DNA of 64,000 bases from a virus. The notes beneath the pieces were generated by a model. It saw nothing but the letters and a program-made list of their open reading frames with translations. It was not told the DNA's origin and searched no databases. A program made the position numbers and the translations under genes. Shown one piece after another: positions 34,201 through 43,842 of the stretch; within the stretch, counting starts at the first letter, position 1, and each line of letters opens with the position of its first letter. The stretch lies in the IMG/VR virus record IMGVR_UViG_3300045988_151578. One strand, given 5' to 3'.

Positions 34201-35467
34201 ATCGTACAAAATTACCATTATAATCTTCTATCTTTTTACGGGTTTCTTTAGAATGAGTTATTACCTTAAAATTGATTGGGTTGCCTTCATCATCCATTGT
34301 GTATAATGGTAATTCCTTACTATACCCTTCTACTTCTATGTATAGGATATAAGTATCAATACTTACTAACCTATTTATCTTAATCGGGTTAGTAGTATTA
34401 TCACTGTACACATTTTTAAACAGATACTCTCCTGGCCCATTAACTAAATAAACTCCGTAATCTCTATCTCCTGGGTTTATTGGGTTACTCCAAGTTATAC
34501 CACCGTTACTAGATACTACATAGGGTTCTTGACGTTTTTCTCCTTCTACTATACCCTCAGAAGTAATGGGTAACTCAAAAGGAGATTTAAAATAATCTAA
34601 ATCTCCAACATAGTTTACCATTATGGTATGTTCTATGTTTATATCATTACCCACCCACTTTATTTCATAACATACATTGTAAGGTATAAACTTATCTATA
34701 AAATTCGTTACTGATTGTTTGAAAGTATTTAAGCTATCAAAATTAGATAAGGATTCATCATCTGGTATGGGTATATTAAAAGTTACCTTTATACATTGAG
34801 TACAACGGTAGGTATTATCAAAATAAGTATCCTTATCTGTATAATTGTATTCTCTATCAAATATGGTAGCATGAGGTAATATCTTTTCTGGATCTAGATT
34901 GTAATCACCTTTATAGGAGTAATTCTCTTTATACCAACCGTCATAATCTAAAGCCTTAGTAGGATCTTCTATTAATTCTACACCAGAATTCTCATCCCAT
35001 ATATCATATAAAGAAAACATGGTTTTAAAGAATCTATCAGTACCTCTCCATTTTAATAAGGTTATAGAGTACTTTATTATATCCCTAAGTTTTTTATCTA
35101 TATCATCGGTTTTAGTATAGAAACCAAATGGTAAATTATCCTTTAACCATATTGATTCTTTCGATGAAAATTGTGGGTCATCAAACCCATTAAAATATTT
35201 AAACCATTTATCAGTATCTATTAAATATCTATTCGCATAAGGAATGCTGCCTAGCATATTCCACAAGTAACCTAAATAATATTTAGATGTAGTTTCTATA
35301 TTTAGATTATCTAATACACTAGATATTTCAGGTGTTATTACATCACTAAAATAGGTACCACAAATGTTTAAGAATTTCTCTAATATACCTCTACCTTCTG
35401 AATCCTTATAGGTATCATTAGATTTGAAGTAGTAAGGTAATAAATCTATTAAATTCTTAATATCCAT
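31217..35467 (-). CDS. large baseplate-distal / tail-fibre protein (gpI-like N-terminus plus repeated beta-rich domains)
   Basis: 1416-aa ORF immediately after the baseplate J-like gene. The N-terminus (LLPYYFKSNDTY..ILEKFLNICG..YLWNMLG) resembles P2 gpI-type baseplate proteins. The long C-terminal portion is rich in Ig-like beta segments. Confidence 0.5.
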   Translation of the reverse strand: MDIKNLIDLLPYYFKSNDTYKDSEGRGILEKFLNICGTYFSDVITPEISSVLDNLNIETTSKYYLGYLWNMLGSIPYANRYLIDTDKWFKYFNGFDDPQFSSKESIWLKDNLPFGFYTKTDDIDKKLRDIIKYSITLLKWRGTDRFFKTMFSLYDIWDENSGVELIEDPTKALDYDGWYKENYSYKGDYNLDPEKILPHATIFDREYNYTDKDTYFDNTYRCTQCIKVTFNIPIPDDESLSNFDSLNTFKQSVTNFIDKFIPYNVCYEIKWVGNDINIEHTIMVNYVGDLDYFKSPFELPITSEGIVEGEKRQEPYVVSSNGGITWSNPINPGDRDYGVYLVNGPGEYLFKNVYSDNTTNPIKINRLVSIDTYILYIEVEGYSKELPLYTMDDEGNPINFKVITHSKETRKKIEDYNGNFVRWGSNSVEDEKTIVDNNLQVYYSPSNIEVSGNIYKAKLPGTYRFYLLDNKGNPQSTKVYNVMSYPEYTYKVLMGNPNEDISTYVSEYKASQENMDQPLSDFKVKLIVDTKDPKFINNPKLLKIKRIGSPEEYSYGDIFTPPSTGVMYYFYCTMDPNQINVSTYLLERGWGVFDGSYKYEFSPSTVYLENNKVNNEGIQLLSSSDSERTFKFKVRPTVDESHDTEGLRFVSGIRLVVKAKSKLLFSGSSSNNTEDDKDEWPYIYTITPYWYDMDASQVNLFENGDIDYTVPYIGPSTSGFKELFPDGFGNVPVKFRVDILNGNINHGYTLQLTSKLGYVNYTPIAIMDVKSSYISPIDTKNWVSPLESDWNTKTTRAIYKLASEDDKAKFRILGSIDGETAEYPDTIREYILPEDYDPNKDSNVSGTETGKTYNIGDTIENNHIGWTRYSGLYTNCEVKVEDLSLQVVITCTPSTVVYRPEDGKVTIQVNVTTNKPSVANSLNYSLYKDNKLVPGFENVSGNTLTLIGSGLPNDNSLIGTYTIKSSVIDQIGETDKPLASATFTILSSSQTVGGIVCDPKTLDMPSSGTADTNVYLVDTNEQAISSNTYKIVMPDGSLNGSPVTFRATAPGTYTFKSNDNPELSADFVVNDVTYPKSVEIEPQSEALTSPGTIKVSFKVKDSKGNYIQDLDLSKVKVYSDMGLVTLPESQWSLVETNIQQYGDTYKFDYSLGIGSTTLKVVYGDIFSKSTFVCRSGTISSEVSSLIWDPSSSSVINKQNVSTLKARNENGDYLEGVNVSLSSADMKDPESSQPSPISGKTPLVVSFFDFGTYVYKCDDNSDITAKLVLSEAVGGLKDYEITVKFKNMLTGTRYQLVSMDLLLSTNTLGPLTLSIGPKDIGDSTNDFFNTINNDQGPLDGYWTLSVHNILLRRYSGDDTQELKVILQDNNEDFKELVNTTFKIGDKVQIVKENLQLKSIYKPTTGKYSSELTLILNK

Positions 35468-35469
35468 AG

Positions 35470-37182
35470 TTATACTGTTTCAGTTATAGTACAAGAAAGA
35501 TTATCTTCATAGAATAAAGCCACATTATAATTAGAAGCTTCATAATCAGAGTTTATAGTTCCCAAGTAAATAGAGTATTTATACCCAATCCGTTGAGAAT
35601 TACCATTAATATTGATATAGAACTCATTGTTATTCTTTAAATCTTGAATCAATACGTTATTACTCATATTTAACTTATCTGAAATGAACCCTCCACTTTC
35701 AGAATAAATATAATAAGTATTAGATGACAATATCTCTATGATGTAGTTCATTGGAGTATTAACTTTATTAAGATCAAAGTTAAGTATATCCAATGATGTA
35801 CCATAGATTACTTTTGGCCATGGTGTTACATAGAATTCATTTATGTGTAGATAATCTACTGATTCTAGGTTATCTATGAGGGCATATAAATCTGATATAC
35901 GTACACTATTACCCATCAAGGTACTTACGGGAGAATAAGCATTACCCAGGACTTCTACAATTTGATTACGTATAAAACTACTCTTATACCCCTTATTACC
36001 CGTAACAGATATATCCAGATTTATAAATACTACATTTACCGATTTTACATCTAGCCAAGTAGTTAGTGGAGATCTTAATGATATATACTCCTTCACATTT
36101 TGACATAATCCCTCGGAAGCTATTGGGTAACCCTTATCCGAAGTAACTGCACTTATGTAGATGTTAAGTTTTCTACCACATATATATTCTATATTAGCTT
36201 GATGTACTCCAGGGTACATCTCTGCTAAATCTTTGAAATCCTGCTTGGTTATAGCTACTTCTCGAGTATTTACACTTAGAGATATATGTCTCTTTAGAGT
36301 ATCAAAATCCTCATAATCTGAACCACCGCTAGCAGGCAATGGGTTGTTTATTGTAAAATCTTTAAGTAAATCTTCTCCATCACTTTGGGTATTATTACTA
36401 CTAGTAATATAACCAGAACCTATGTTACTCTTAATTCCATGAGTAAATTTATAAGTTATGGTTACATCAGAACTATGGTCAGTTGGTACTTTACCAAATA
36501 TGCCATCACCAAAAACAATAATAGGTATACTATCCTGGATAACCACTTTAAAGTGATTATCCTTTGGACCAGAGTTAGCAAAGGAATTAACTAGAGACCA
36601 TTTCTCTGAACCTATGGTCAATTCCATACTGCCTTCTACATAATAGGTATCACCGTTTAAATCTATGGAAATAATATTATTATCTGGTAATGAGCCCAAA
36701 TTATCTGTTTGATACTCAAACTGAAATACCGATATCTTAGACATGGTTATACCCTGAGATATCTTATATTCCCTATCAGTATACCACATATATCCATAAG
36801 CAGTATCTATAAACTTACTACCAACCGGAATTATTATATCACTATCTGTAATACCCGTAAGTATCAGATCAGCTGAAGCTGCAGTTGCACCTCTTGGTGA
36901 ATAATCCACTAATGCCGCATGTTTTAAAAGTGAAGTATACTTACGAGCTGTAAGCAAGAATGTTTCTCTACCAAGATTATCAATATAAAAGTGTAATACT
37001 TCAGCAATAGCTGAAAACATAGATATAATCAATACCAATATATTTCCTTCTGAAAAATCGGTTATCAGGGGTTTATCGGGATTATTGGGATCCTTTATTG
37101 TTTTTAACTTATCCAATAGCTTTTGCTTTATATCACTAAAGGATCTCTCTAATGGAGTTAGCCATTTATTACTTAGTGCCAT
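35470..37182 (-). CDS. baseplate wedge protein (P2 gpJ / T4 gp6-like)
   Basis: Baseplate_J-like N-terminus (..FSEGNILVLIISMFSAIAEVLHFYIDNLGRETFLLTA..GATAASADLILTG), in a conserved position after the gp25-like gene. Confidence 0.7.
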   Translation of the reverse strand: MALSNKWLTPLERSFSDIKQKLLDKLKTIKDPNNPDKPLITDFSEGNILVLIISMFSAIAEVLHFYIDNLGRETFLLTARKYTSLLKHAALVDYSPRGATAASADLILTGITDSDIIIPVGSKFIDTAYGYMWYTDREYKISQGITMSKISVFQFEYQTDNLGSLPDNNIISIDLNGDTYYVEGSMELTIGSEKWSLVNSFANSGPKDNHFKVVIQDSIPIIVFGDGIFGKVPTDHSSDVTITYKFTHGIKSNIGSGYITSSNNTQSDGEDLLKDFTINNPLPASGGSDYEDFDTLKRHISLSVNTREVAITKQDFKDLAEMYPGVHQANIEYICGRKLNIYISAVTSDKGYPIASEGLCQNVKEYISLRSPLTTWLDVKSVNVVFINLDISVTGNKGYKSSFIRNQIVEVLGNAYSPVSTLMGNSVRISDLYALIDNLESVDYLHINEFYVTPWPKVIYGTSLDILNFDLNKVNTPMNYIIEILSSNTYYIYSESGGFISDKLNMSNNVLIQDLKNNNEFYININGNSQRIGYKYSIYLGTINSDYEASNYNVALFYEDNLSCTITETV

Positions 37183-37194
37183 AGTATAATAAGT

Positions 37195-37617
37195 TTAATG
37201 ATTATTTATATTGTCAAAATAAATCTCTAATGATTGTTGATCTGAACTTTGATCTATAGTGTATTTAACATTTAAGAATATCTTATCCCCTTTAAGATAT
37301 CCCTCTACATCATCGAATTTTATACGTGGTTCCCATTCCTCTATGGATTCACGTATAAACTGATTTGTTATATATAATAACAGTGGTATCGAGGGTTCTT
37401 CCAATGTTTCCCATAACCTAGAACCATAATATTCTTGCCTAAATCTCTGATATAGCTGATGTTCAAATAGAGATCTTAAGTTATGTTTTATTAACTGTGG
37501 ATCCCCAGAAACTGGATACCAACCACTTATATTAGGATTCTTAGGGTTTTTAGTTATAACTATTGGAAATAGAACACCCTTACCTATTAGAGTATCATTT
37601 ATATTGTTGTCCATCAT
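37195..37617 (-). CDS. baseplate wedge protein (gp25 / GPW-like)
   Basis: GKGVLFPIVI..., LIKHNLRSLFEHQLYQRFRQEYYGSRLWETLEEP fits the GPW/gp25 family pattern. It overlaps the upstream gene by 4 nt. Confidence 0.75.
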   Translation of the reverse strand: MMDNNINDTLIGKGVLFPIVITKNPKNPNISGWYPVSGDPQLIKHNLRSLFEHQLYQRFRQEYYGSRLWETLEEPSIPLLLYITNQFIRESIEEWEPRIKFDDVEGYLKGDKIFLNVKYTIDQSSDQQSLEIYFDNINNH

Positions 37618-38282
37618 TGCTTTATTTTTGAGTTTTCATAATCAGATTTATTAAATTTGGTAATAGGCTTACTAACTATTCTATTAGTAATTCCACTAAT
37701 ACCAGGACCAGTACTTACACCTGAGTGTGTATGAGTATTAAAGGTGTTTCTTAAAGTTTCTACTTCACTTACTAGATTATTAAGTTTATCGGTTAACTCT
37801 TGAATTTTTACTAAACCCTGGTTATTACCCTGATTGAATGTGATAGTATCTTCACAATCTATAGATATTGGACCTTTGGTATATATCCTAACTTCTCCTG
37901 TATCATCATTAATAAGGAATTTATGGCCATTCTTAGTTACTATACCAAATACATTTACATCCTTGAAATCCTCTGGTACATAATGGGGATCTAACCAACC
38001 TATATAATCCCATACTGGAGCTCCAACATCTCCTTGTTGAAATTCAGCTATTACTAGATCTCCCTTTTTAGGTATAGGTTTTCTTGAACCAAATCCCTTA
38101 GAACCATAATGGGATTTAGCATAAGCCCAAAAGGCATATCCCTCATTTATCTGGTAATTTATCAACTGTAACCTACCTATGTTTTGGGGATCGTTATTAT
38201 CTAGTACTTTACAAATATAAAAAGAATAATATCTACCAAAAGTTTCTAATCCTTCCTCTGAGAGTATACTAAATCCGCCCAT
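37614..38282 (-). CDS. baseplate central spike (gpV / gp5 OB-fold-like)
   Basis: GRLQLINYQ..FWAYAK..KKGDLVIAEFQQGDVGAPVW resembles the baseplate assembly protein V OB-fold motif. Confidence 0.6.
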   Translation of the reverse strand: MGGFSILSEEGLETFGRYYSFYICKVLDNNDPQNIGRLQLINYQINEGYAFWAYAKSHYGSKGFGSRKPIPKKGDLVIAEFQQGDVGAPVWDYIGWLDPHYVPEDFKDVNVFGIVTKNGHKFLINDDTGEVRIYTKGPISIDCEDTITFNQGNNQGLVKIQELTDKLNNLVSEVETLRNTFNTHTHSGVSTGPGISGITNRIVSKPITKFNKSDYENSKIKQ

Positions 38283-38286
38283 ATTA

Positions 38287-39768
38287 TTACCTCTTTACTA
38301 AATTTAATATTGTTAAATAACCATTACTATCTATGCTATGTGTACAATCTCGGATATACCATTTACCTGACCATTTCTTTCCCACATTATAGATATTAAT
38401 ATACTTGTAATTAGTAAGACCAGGTTTTCCTACAACAGTTAATTCACAAGTTTGTTCTAGTTCTACTTGTTTCTTTAGAGCATTCTCTAAAGCTCCTAAC
38501 CTATTGCTTAACCCAGAATATAATTGTTTTAATTCGTAATTCTCTTTTAATATCTGAAGATCTGGAGATGAATCAGCCGATCTCATCATAACTTCTCCAA
38601 GACTAACCTGACCCTGATTAGTTCCTTCGGTAGTATAAGCTTCTACTCTCAATCGTTTTTCAGTATAAGATAATGGATATGATACGGGAGTTAAAGCTGA
38701 AGGACTAGTCATATTACCTGTACGAGTTCTTTTAGTAACAGATATAGGTTTAGAAGATATTAATACTTCTCCCGGGTATAAATAACTGTTAGGATCTAAA
38801 GGATCACCTCCAGATTTTACAGGTTTAGTCCTGACAACTTTAGAAGTCTTACCTCTATTAAAGGGTTTACCCTTTAACCTAGTTACATTATACTTAGAGT
38901 CGAATAACCTAGAGTATTTCTTTTTAAAAGCATCCATATCTCCACCCTCATAATATACCTTAGTATAATCTCTAAGAAATGATATAGCTTCATAGGGATG
39001 TTTTTTAGTATACTCTTCTACAATATCGTTTACTGCTCCCGGTGACAAAGCATTTACATCTAGGCTGTTGGATACATTACCTTTACTTACGTCATCTCTA
39101 ACTTTAAACTCTTTCTTTAAAGCTTTAACACGACTTTCATTATTCTTTTTACCAATATATTTTTCGGTTGGACCATTTGGAGATTTACTACCATATATAA
39201 GAGATACTCTGGTAGCATCTCTTGGAGCATAATCTTTAATCTTTAATTCATACTTACTATTCGGAGATAAATCTTTAATCTGATTATCCAAATTTTCCAT
39301 AAGACGATTGTAAGCTGAACTTACTTTATCATTATATGGATCATTGGTATTTATACGGTTTACTCTCATAACGGGACTACCTGAAGTACCTCCGGTATAC
39401 TTAGTCTGTAAACTAAAAGAAGCCCTTATAAATTCTCCATTCTCATCCTTATAAGTATAATCCGGTACTTTTGATGTATCCTCAAAATCTCTGTTATGTA
39501 CATAGATTATACCCTGGATAGAATCTATGTACCATGGACCTCCAGGTACATTCTTAAATACGTTGTTTAACTGAGAATATACGTTATTACCTGATACTCC
39601 ATTTGATGTATTTAGCATTGCTCTAAGATCATCTGGTAATTGATCTATATCTGGAGTATCATCCAATCCATTACTAAACAGTATAGTTCCTAGAGTGTTA
39701 TCAATTATAGGTTCAGAAGCTTGTACACTTTGGAATACTGGATGATTAGCTAATTCGGGATTTAACAT
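38287..39768 (-). CDS. baseplate hub protein (gpD / Mu gp44-like)
   Basis: Called from its position before the spike gene and its C-terminal ..GKKWSGKWYIRDCTHSIDSNGYLTILNLVKR, typical of late-control-D-type hub proteins. Confidence 0.5.
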   Translation of the reverse strand: MLNPELANHPVFQSVQASEPIIDNTLGTILFSNGLDDTPDIDQLPDDLRAMLNTSNGVSGNNVYSQLNNVFKNVPGGPWYIDSIQGIIYVHNRDFEDTSKVPDYTYKDENGEFIRASFSLQTKYTGGTSGSPVMRVNRINTNDPYNDKVSSAYNRLMENLDNQIKDLSPNSKYELKIKDYAPRDATRVSLIYGSKSPNGPTEKYIGKKNNESRVKALKKEFKVRDDVSKGNVSNSLDVNALSPGAVNDIVEEYTKKHPYEAISFLRDYTKVYYEGGDMDAFKKKYSRLFDSKYNVTRLKGKPFNRGKTSKVVRTKPVKSGGDPLDPNSYLYPGEVLISSKPISVTKRTRTGNMTSPSALTPVSYPLSYTEKRLRVEAYTTEGTNQGQVSLGEVMMRSADSSPDLQILKENYELKQLYSGLSNRLGALENALKKQVELEQTCELTVVGKPGLTNYKYINIYNVGKKWSGKWYIRDCTHSIDSNGYLTILNLVKR

Positions 39769-39769
39769 A

Positions 39770-40321
39770 TCAAAACTTTTTAATAATTACACCTACATTA
39801 TAACCACAACCATTCTTAAGCCACTTCAAAAAAGTATCCTTATCTGATAATGGAGAGTATGGTTTCTTATATTTCATTAAGTCAGATTTATCTTTAGTAG
39901 TAACAGTAATAGTTACTCCATTGTTATCAAATACAGCATCTATCTGACGTATTACAGTAGATATAATAGGACTAGTTAAAAATGAACCATCAGGAAATAT
40001 ATATCCATATTGAATAAGTATTTTAGCATTTTTCTGTAATCCCGATATATCTATGGTATCTGGATCATCACTCATAAATATTAATTTACCTTCATTCCCG
40101 GGATTAGTATTTTTTCTAAATCCTCCAGAACTTCTTGAGTTTGCCTCTTGAAAAGTATATCTGAAAGAATTCATGTACAGACCAAGAGGCAAATTAGTTA
40201 ATGGGTTTAATATAGGTTGTGATGATTCATCGAATAAAGCTATATAGGGTGTACCAGTTCCTACATATAATGTGGGTTTTTCTGGTTTTTTAGATTTAAC
40301 GTTAGCCATAATATCAAACAT
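39770..40321 (-). CDS. tail/baseplate-associated hypothetical protein
   Basis: 183-aa ORF inside the baseplate block. Confidence 0.5.
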   Translation of the reverse strand: MFDIMANVKSKKPEKPTLYVGTGTPYIALFDESSQPILNPLTNLPLGLYMNSFRYTFQEANSRSSGGFRKNTNPGNEGKLIFMSDDPDTIDISGLQKNAKILIQYGYIFPDGSFLTSPIISTVIRQIDAVFDNNGVTITVTTKDKSDLMKYKKPYSPLSDKDTFLKWLKNGCGYNVGVIIKKF

Positions 40322-40598
40322 TAGGTATTTTTAATATCATCCCAGGTTGTAATTCATCAAAGGGATTTAGTATCTTATTTAAATCTGCTATATAGTACCA
40401 TTTACCTGAATCACCATAGTAAAATGCAGCCAATCCTTGTAGGGTTTCTCCTTCCATAAGAGTATGTAATTTATAATTATTATCTTCATCCCAATTAATG
40501 GGAGCATACTCTTTCATAGTAATGTTACCCTCTGGAATTGATACTTGTATATAATCAGAAAATGGACTGTCTATAAAGTTATCTGAATTTAGTATCAT
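40314..40598 (-). CDS. LysM-domain tail protein (P2 gpX-like)
   Basis: HTLMEGETLQGLAAFYYGDSGKWYYIADLNKILNPFDELQPGMILKIPN matches a LysM fold pattern. Confidence 0.7.
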   Translation of the reverse strand: MILNSDNFIDSPFSDYIQVSIPEGNITMKEYAPINWDEDNNYKLHTLMEGETLQGLAAFYYGDSGKWYYIADLNKILNPFDELQPGMILKIPNV

Positions 40599-40599
40599 A

Positions 40600-41598
40600 T
40601 CATTGTATGTTTTGGTTATTTAATTTCAATCTACTTACACCATCAGAGGATATAATTTGTTCATAGGTAGTATTAACGTTATTAACTCGTTTAAATACTA
40701 AAGATTGTACGGCTGTCATAGGATATATATTATCTCCAATAAGCATATTACCCTGGTGATTACTCTTTATATTTACTGACATATCCTTTAAAGTATATGA
40801 AGCGGAATATAGGATAAACTTATATCCCTTAAATATATCCTTATCTGAGTTATTACCAAATAACAATTCCAATATTGGAGGACTAGATAAATAACCATTT
40901 GACTTACTCCAAGATTCCAATAACCTGCATTTTAATAACACTTCATCTCTATTATTTGGATCATTGCAGTACCATGATACATCAAATGATATGGTATCTT
41001 CAGAACCAGTATATTGATAGAATGGGTTATTCCTTCCCATGGATTTTACTACTGCCCAAGATGTATCTGGTTGTACCTCTAATTGGCTTGGTCTATTCTG
41101 TATTTTTAATACCTGATAAGGTGATACTGTACGATTTATAATATAAACTCCTACATCTTTTCTATTATTAAGCTTATATGATTGCCACAATGGTACTTTA
41201 CTGTGATCATAATTATCCTTGCTTACATCCACATATCTATAATCGTCCAACCTATTTAAAGGTCTATACATAGAATGATAGGCTCCAGCTATAGTCATGT
41301 GTGACCTATCAGCTCCTAATCTATTAGCCTCATTTATTAAGGTAAACTCAGTACTTATAGGAGATAGATATGACCTAGTAGAAGATCCAACAATAGCAAG
41401 GTGTGGTATTCTATTAGGATTTACTATATCATCTATTGATGGTTCGGCTTTTGGTTTTAAACCATTCCTTACAAACCTATCTCTAATAATCTTAGCTCTC
41501 CATTCAGTAAGATCTCTATTAGACTGTATAGCCGATATACCTAAAGATACTAAAGAGTTAGTTCCTCTTCTAGTTATCTGACCTATTATTGTTGCCAT
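40600..41598 (-). CDS. tail protein following the tape measure (tube-initiator or baseplate hub component?)
   Basis: 332-aa ORF between the tape-measure and LysM genes. No motif recognised with confidence. Confidence 0.45.
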   Translation of the reverse strand: MATIIGQITRRGTNSLVSLGISAIQSNRDLTEWRAKIIRDRFVRNGLKPKAEPSIDDIVNPNRIPHLAIVGSSTRSYLSPISTEFTLINEANRLGADRSHMTIAGAYHSMYRPLNRLDDYRYVDVSKDNYDHSKVPLWQSYKLNNRKDVGVYIINRTVSPYQVLKIQNRPSQLEVQPDTSWAVVKSMGRNNPFYQYTGSEDTISFDVSWYCNDPNNRDEVLLKCRLLESWSKSNGYLSSPPILELLFGNNSDKDIFKGYKFILYSASYTLKDMSVNIKSNHQGNMLIGDNIYPMTAVQSLVFKRVNNVNTTYEQIISSDGVSRLKLNNQNIQ

Positions 41599-41609
41599 AG
41601 TATTAAGTT

Positions 41610-43655
41610 TTAATATAAGATACCAATTTGATTCAAATCATAGGTAGATCCATCGGTAATAGTACCAACATCTCTACCATTTATAGTTAAAGCTACACGA
41701 GTTACTCTATCTGTCATACCCTTAGCTGCAGCTACAACAGCTTCATCGCTTAAATGATTAGGTATGAAATAAGGATTATAATTGTTTTTAAAGGGGTCTA
41801 TTACTATGTAATCTCTCATATCTCTGGTTACAGATAGATCTCTATTAACAGCGGTATTACCTGATATACTAGATAATAGATCTATGATTTCTGGCATAAA
41901 TGTAACTATGGTGGCTATTCCCCAACCCCAACCAGGTAAGAATCTACCAAGTATAGCTCCTATACCGGTAATTTTACCAAGTAATGAACCACCAAGTTTA
42001 GTTGCTGCCTTAGTAGTAGCAGCAACTGCTGCACCCTTACCTACAGCTGTAGCTGCTTTAGTTGCAGCTGTAGCTCCAGCTGTAGAAGTAGTACCAGTCA
42101 TGGCTTTACCAAGTATTAATGCCGATAGTGTGTTATCTAACCCAGACATAATGGATTTACCATTTTTACCTTTTCTCTGAACATATAGAGCACCAGTAGC
42201 AGGATTAATTCCCATTTTAGTTATTAAACCTGAATTAAGTCCAACAAGTATACCCATTAATCTAGTTATATTACTTAACTTAGCTTCTGTAGAAGTTAAA
42301 GCAGCATTTACAGAGGTTACTCCTGCTTTTAATGCAGTAGTACCACCAGCAGCAGTTTTGAACCCAAGACTTATCATCTTTACGTTCATCACTACCATCT
42401 TTATGCCATTTACTACTAATCCTAAAGCTGATACTATACCTAAAAATTCTACGGTCTTTTTACCTACTGGAGTTTGTATAAAGTCCTGTACAGTATCTAC
42501 TATTTTAGTTAACCCTTGTACTAAAGGGGTAAATACCGTAAGTACTTCTCCAAGACTAACTTTAAAGTTCTCTATACTAGACTCTAACATGGATAATCTA
42601 CCCTTAGGAGTTTCATTAAATTCACTTACGGTAGTATCTACTATACCCGAGTTTTTATCATAAGTACCCATTATTCTAGCATAAGCATTGCTATTAGCCA
42701 TATCCCTTAACATGGTAGCTACTGATCTAGAACCTCGAACTTGGAATATCTCATCCCATAATATTATCTTATCCTTATCGGTTACACCTTCAAAAGCTTT
42801 ATTAAGAGTTTGGAATATGGTTTGTAAATCTTTAAGTCTACCCTGAGCATCGAAGAAGTCTTTTTGGTCAAGTCCTAAAGCTCTTAAACCCATATAACCT
42901 TTTTTCCTAGCTTCTGAAGCAGATAGTGACAGATATCTTATCATATTACCTAAAGCAACACCAGCCATTGAACCCTGCATACCAGAGTTACCCATAACAC
43001 CAATAGCTGCAGCCATCTCTCTAAGAGATATACCAGCATTTGCAGCATCTCCAGCTGCATACTTAATGGATTCAGCCAAATCCGGCAATGACATATTAGC
43101 ATTGGTTACAGCTGTATAAATATCATCTCCAACTTGTTTTACCTGATTCATAGGTATAGAGAAGGTAGACATGATATTAGTCATCAAGTCTGCTACTCCA
43201 CCTTTACCTCCTACTGGTGTACCAAGTATAGTACCCAATTTAGCAATGGTAGGGATCATAGCTTTTATGGCTTCTGTTTTATTACCAGCCATCGCTAAGA
43301 ATCTTTCTGCGGATGCAATATCAGCTGAAGTTAAAGGTGTTATCTCATTGACATCTTTAGCTAACTGTAATAATTCTCTTTGTTGATTATTAGTGGCTCC
43401 AGCTATTTTAGAAGCCATCCATACTTCATTCTGTACTCCAGCTGAATACTTATAAGCATCAGCCATACCTCCAACAACAGATAAAGCAGCGGATGTAAGA
43501 ATTCCGCTGCTAGAGTTTATGGCTTGTTTATAAGTATTAACTTCACTCATCAATTGACGGAAGTCTCTAGATATAATACCAGCTTGAGTAGAAAATCTAT
43601 TTTGTAGAGTAATGGCTACACCAATATCTACTAAACTTGATCCAGGATTAAACAT
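41610..43655 (-). CDS. tail tape measure protein
   Basis: 681 aa, Ala/Gly/Thr-rich and helical. It has the TP901-type core (..AAGDAANAGISLREMAAAIGVMGNSGMQGSMAGVALGNMIRYL..) and hydrophobic segments. It lies downstream of the frameshifted chaperone. Confidence 0.85.
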   Translation of the reverse strand: MFNPGSSLVDIGVAITLQNRFSTQAGIISRDFRQLMSEVNTYKQAINSSSGILTSAALSVVGGMADAYKYSAGVQNEVWMASKIAGATNNQQRELLQLAKDVNEITPLTSADIASAERFLAMAGNKTEAIKAMIPTIAKLGTILGTPVGGKGGVADLMTNIMSTFSIPMNQVKQVGDDIYTAVTNANMSLPDLAESIKYAAGDAANAGISLREMAAAIGVMGNSGMQGSMAGVALGNMIRYLSLSASEARKKGYMGLRALGLDQKDFFDAQGRLKDLQTIFQTLNKAFEGVTDKDKIILWDEIFQVRGSRSVATMLRDMANSNAYARIMGTYDKNSGIVDTTVSEFNETPKGRLSMLESSIENFKVSLGEVLTVFTPLVQGLTKIVDTVQDFIQTPVGKKTVEFLGIVSALGLVVNGIKMVVMNVKMISLGFKTAAGGTTALKAGVTSVNAALTSTEAKLSNITRLMGILVGLNSGLITKMGINPATGALYVQRKGKNGKSIMSGLDNTLSALILGKAMTGTTSTAGATAATKAATAVGKGAAVAATTKAATKLGGSLLGKITGIGAILGRFLPGWGWGIATIVTFMPEIIDLLSSISGNTAVNRDLSVTRDMRDYIVIDPFKNNYNPYFIPNHLSDEAVVAAAKGMTDRVTRVALTINGRDVGTITDGSTYDLNQIGILY

Positions 43656-43842
43656 GATTATTAGAGGTATTAAATTTTTTCTTTAAATCTTTTAGAGCTC
43701 CGATATAGGCCTCTGCTTCATCCAAAAAGTACTTCCTTACTCTGTAAGGAAGTACTAAAAAGGTGAGATAATCTAATTTTATCTCACCCCTTACTAGTGT
43801 TATATATTGAGCTGAAGGATTTAATCGGATAGGCAAAAAAAA
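43648..43842 (-). CDS. -1 frame extension of the tail assembly chaperone (gpGT-like fusion part)
   Basis: This reading frame has no ATG (the track starts it at TTG 43836). It is exactly the -1 frame entered from the slippery T_TTT_TTT at 43842-43836. Confidence 0.7.
   Translation of the reverse strand, partial: FFLPIRLNPSAQYITLVRGEIKLDYLTFLVLPYRVRKYFLDEAEAYIGALKDLKKKFNTSNNHV
43757..43788 (-). terminator. intragenic terminator-like hairpin inside the chaperone extension
   Basis: 10-bp stem GGTGAGATAA (43762-43771) / TTATCTCACC (43779-43788) with a 7-nt loop. On the minus strand it is followed by TTTTT (43761-43757). Confidence 0.5.

Noticed and set aside
43762-43788. The hairpin as the stimulatory structure for the -1 frameshift
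   Set aside because: It begins 47 nt after the slippery heptamer, well beyond the usual 5-9 nt spacing. The T-run that follows fits a terminator better.
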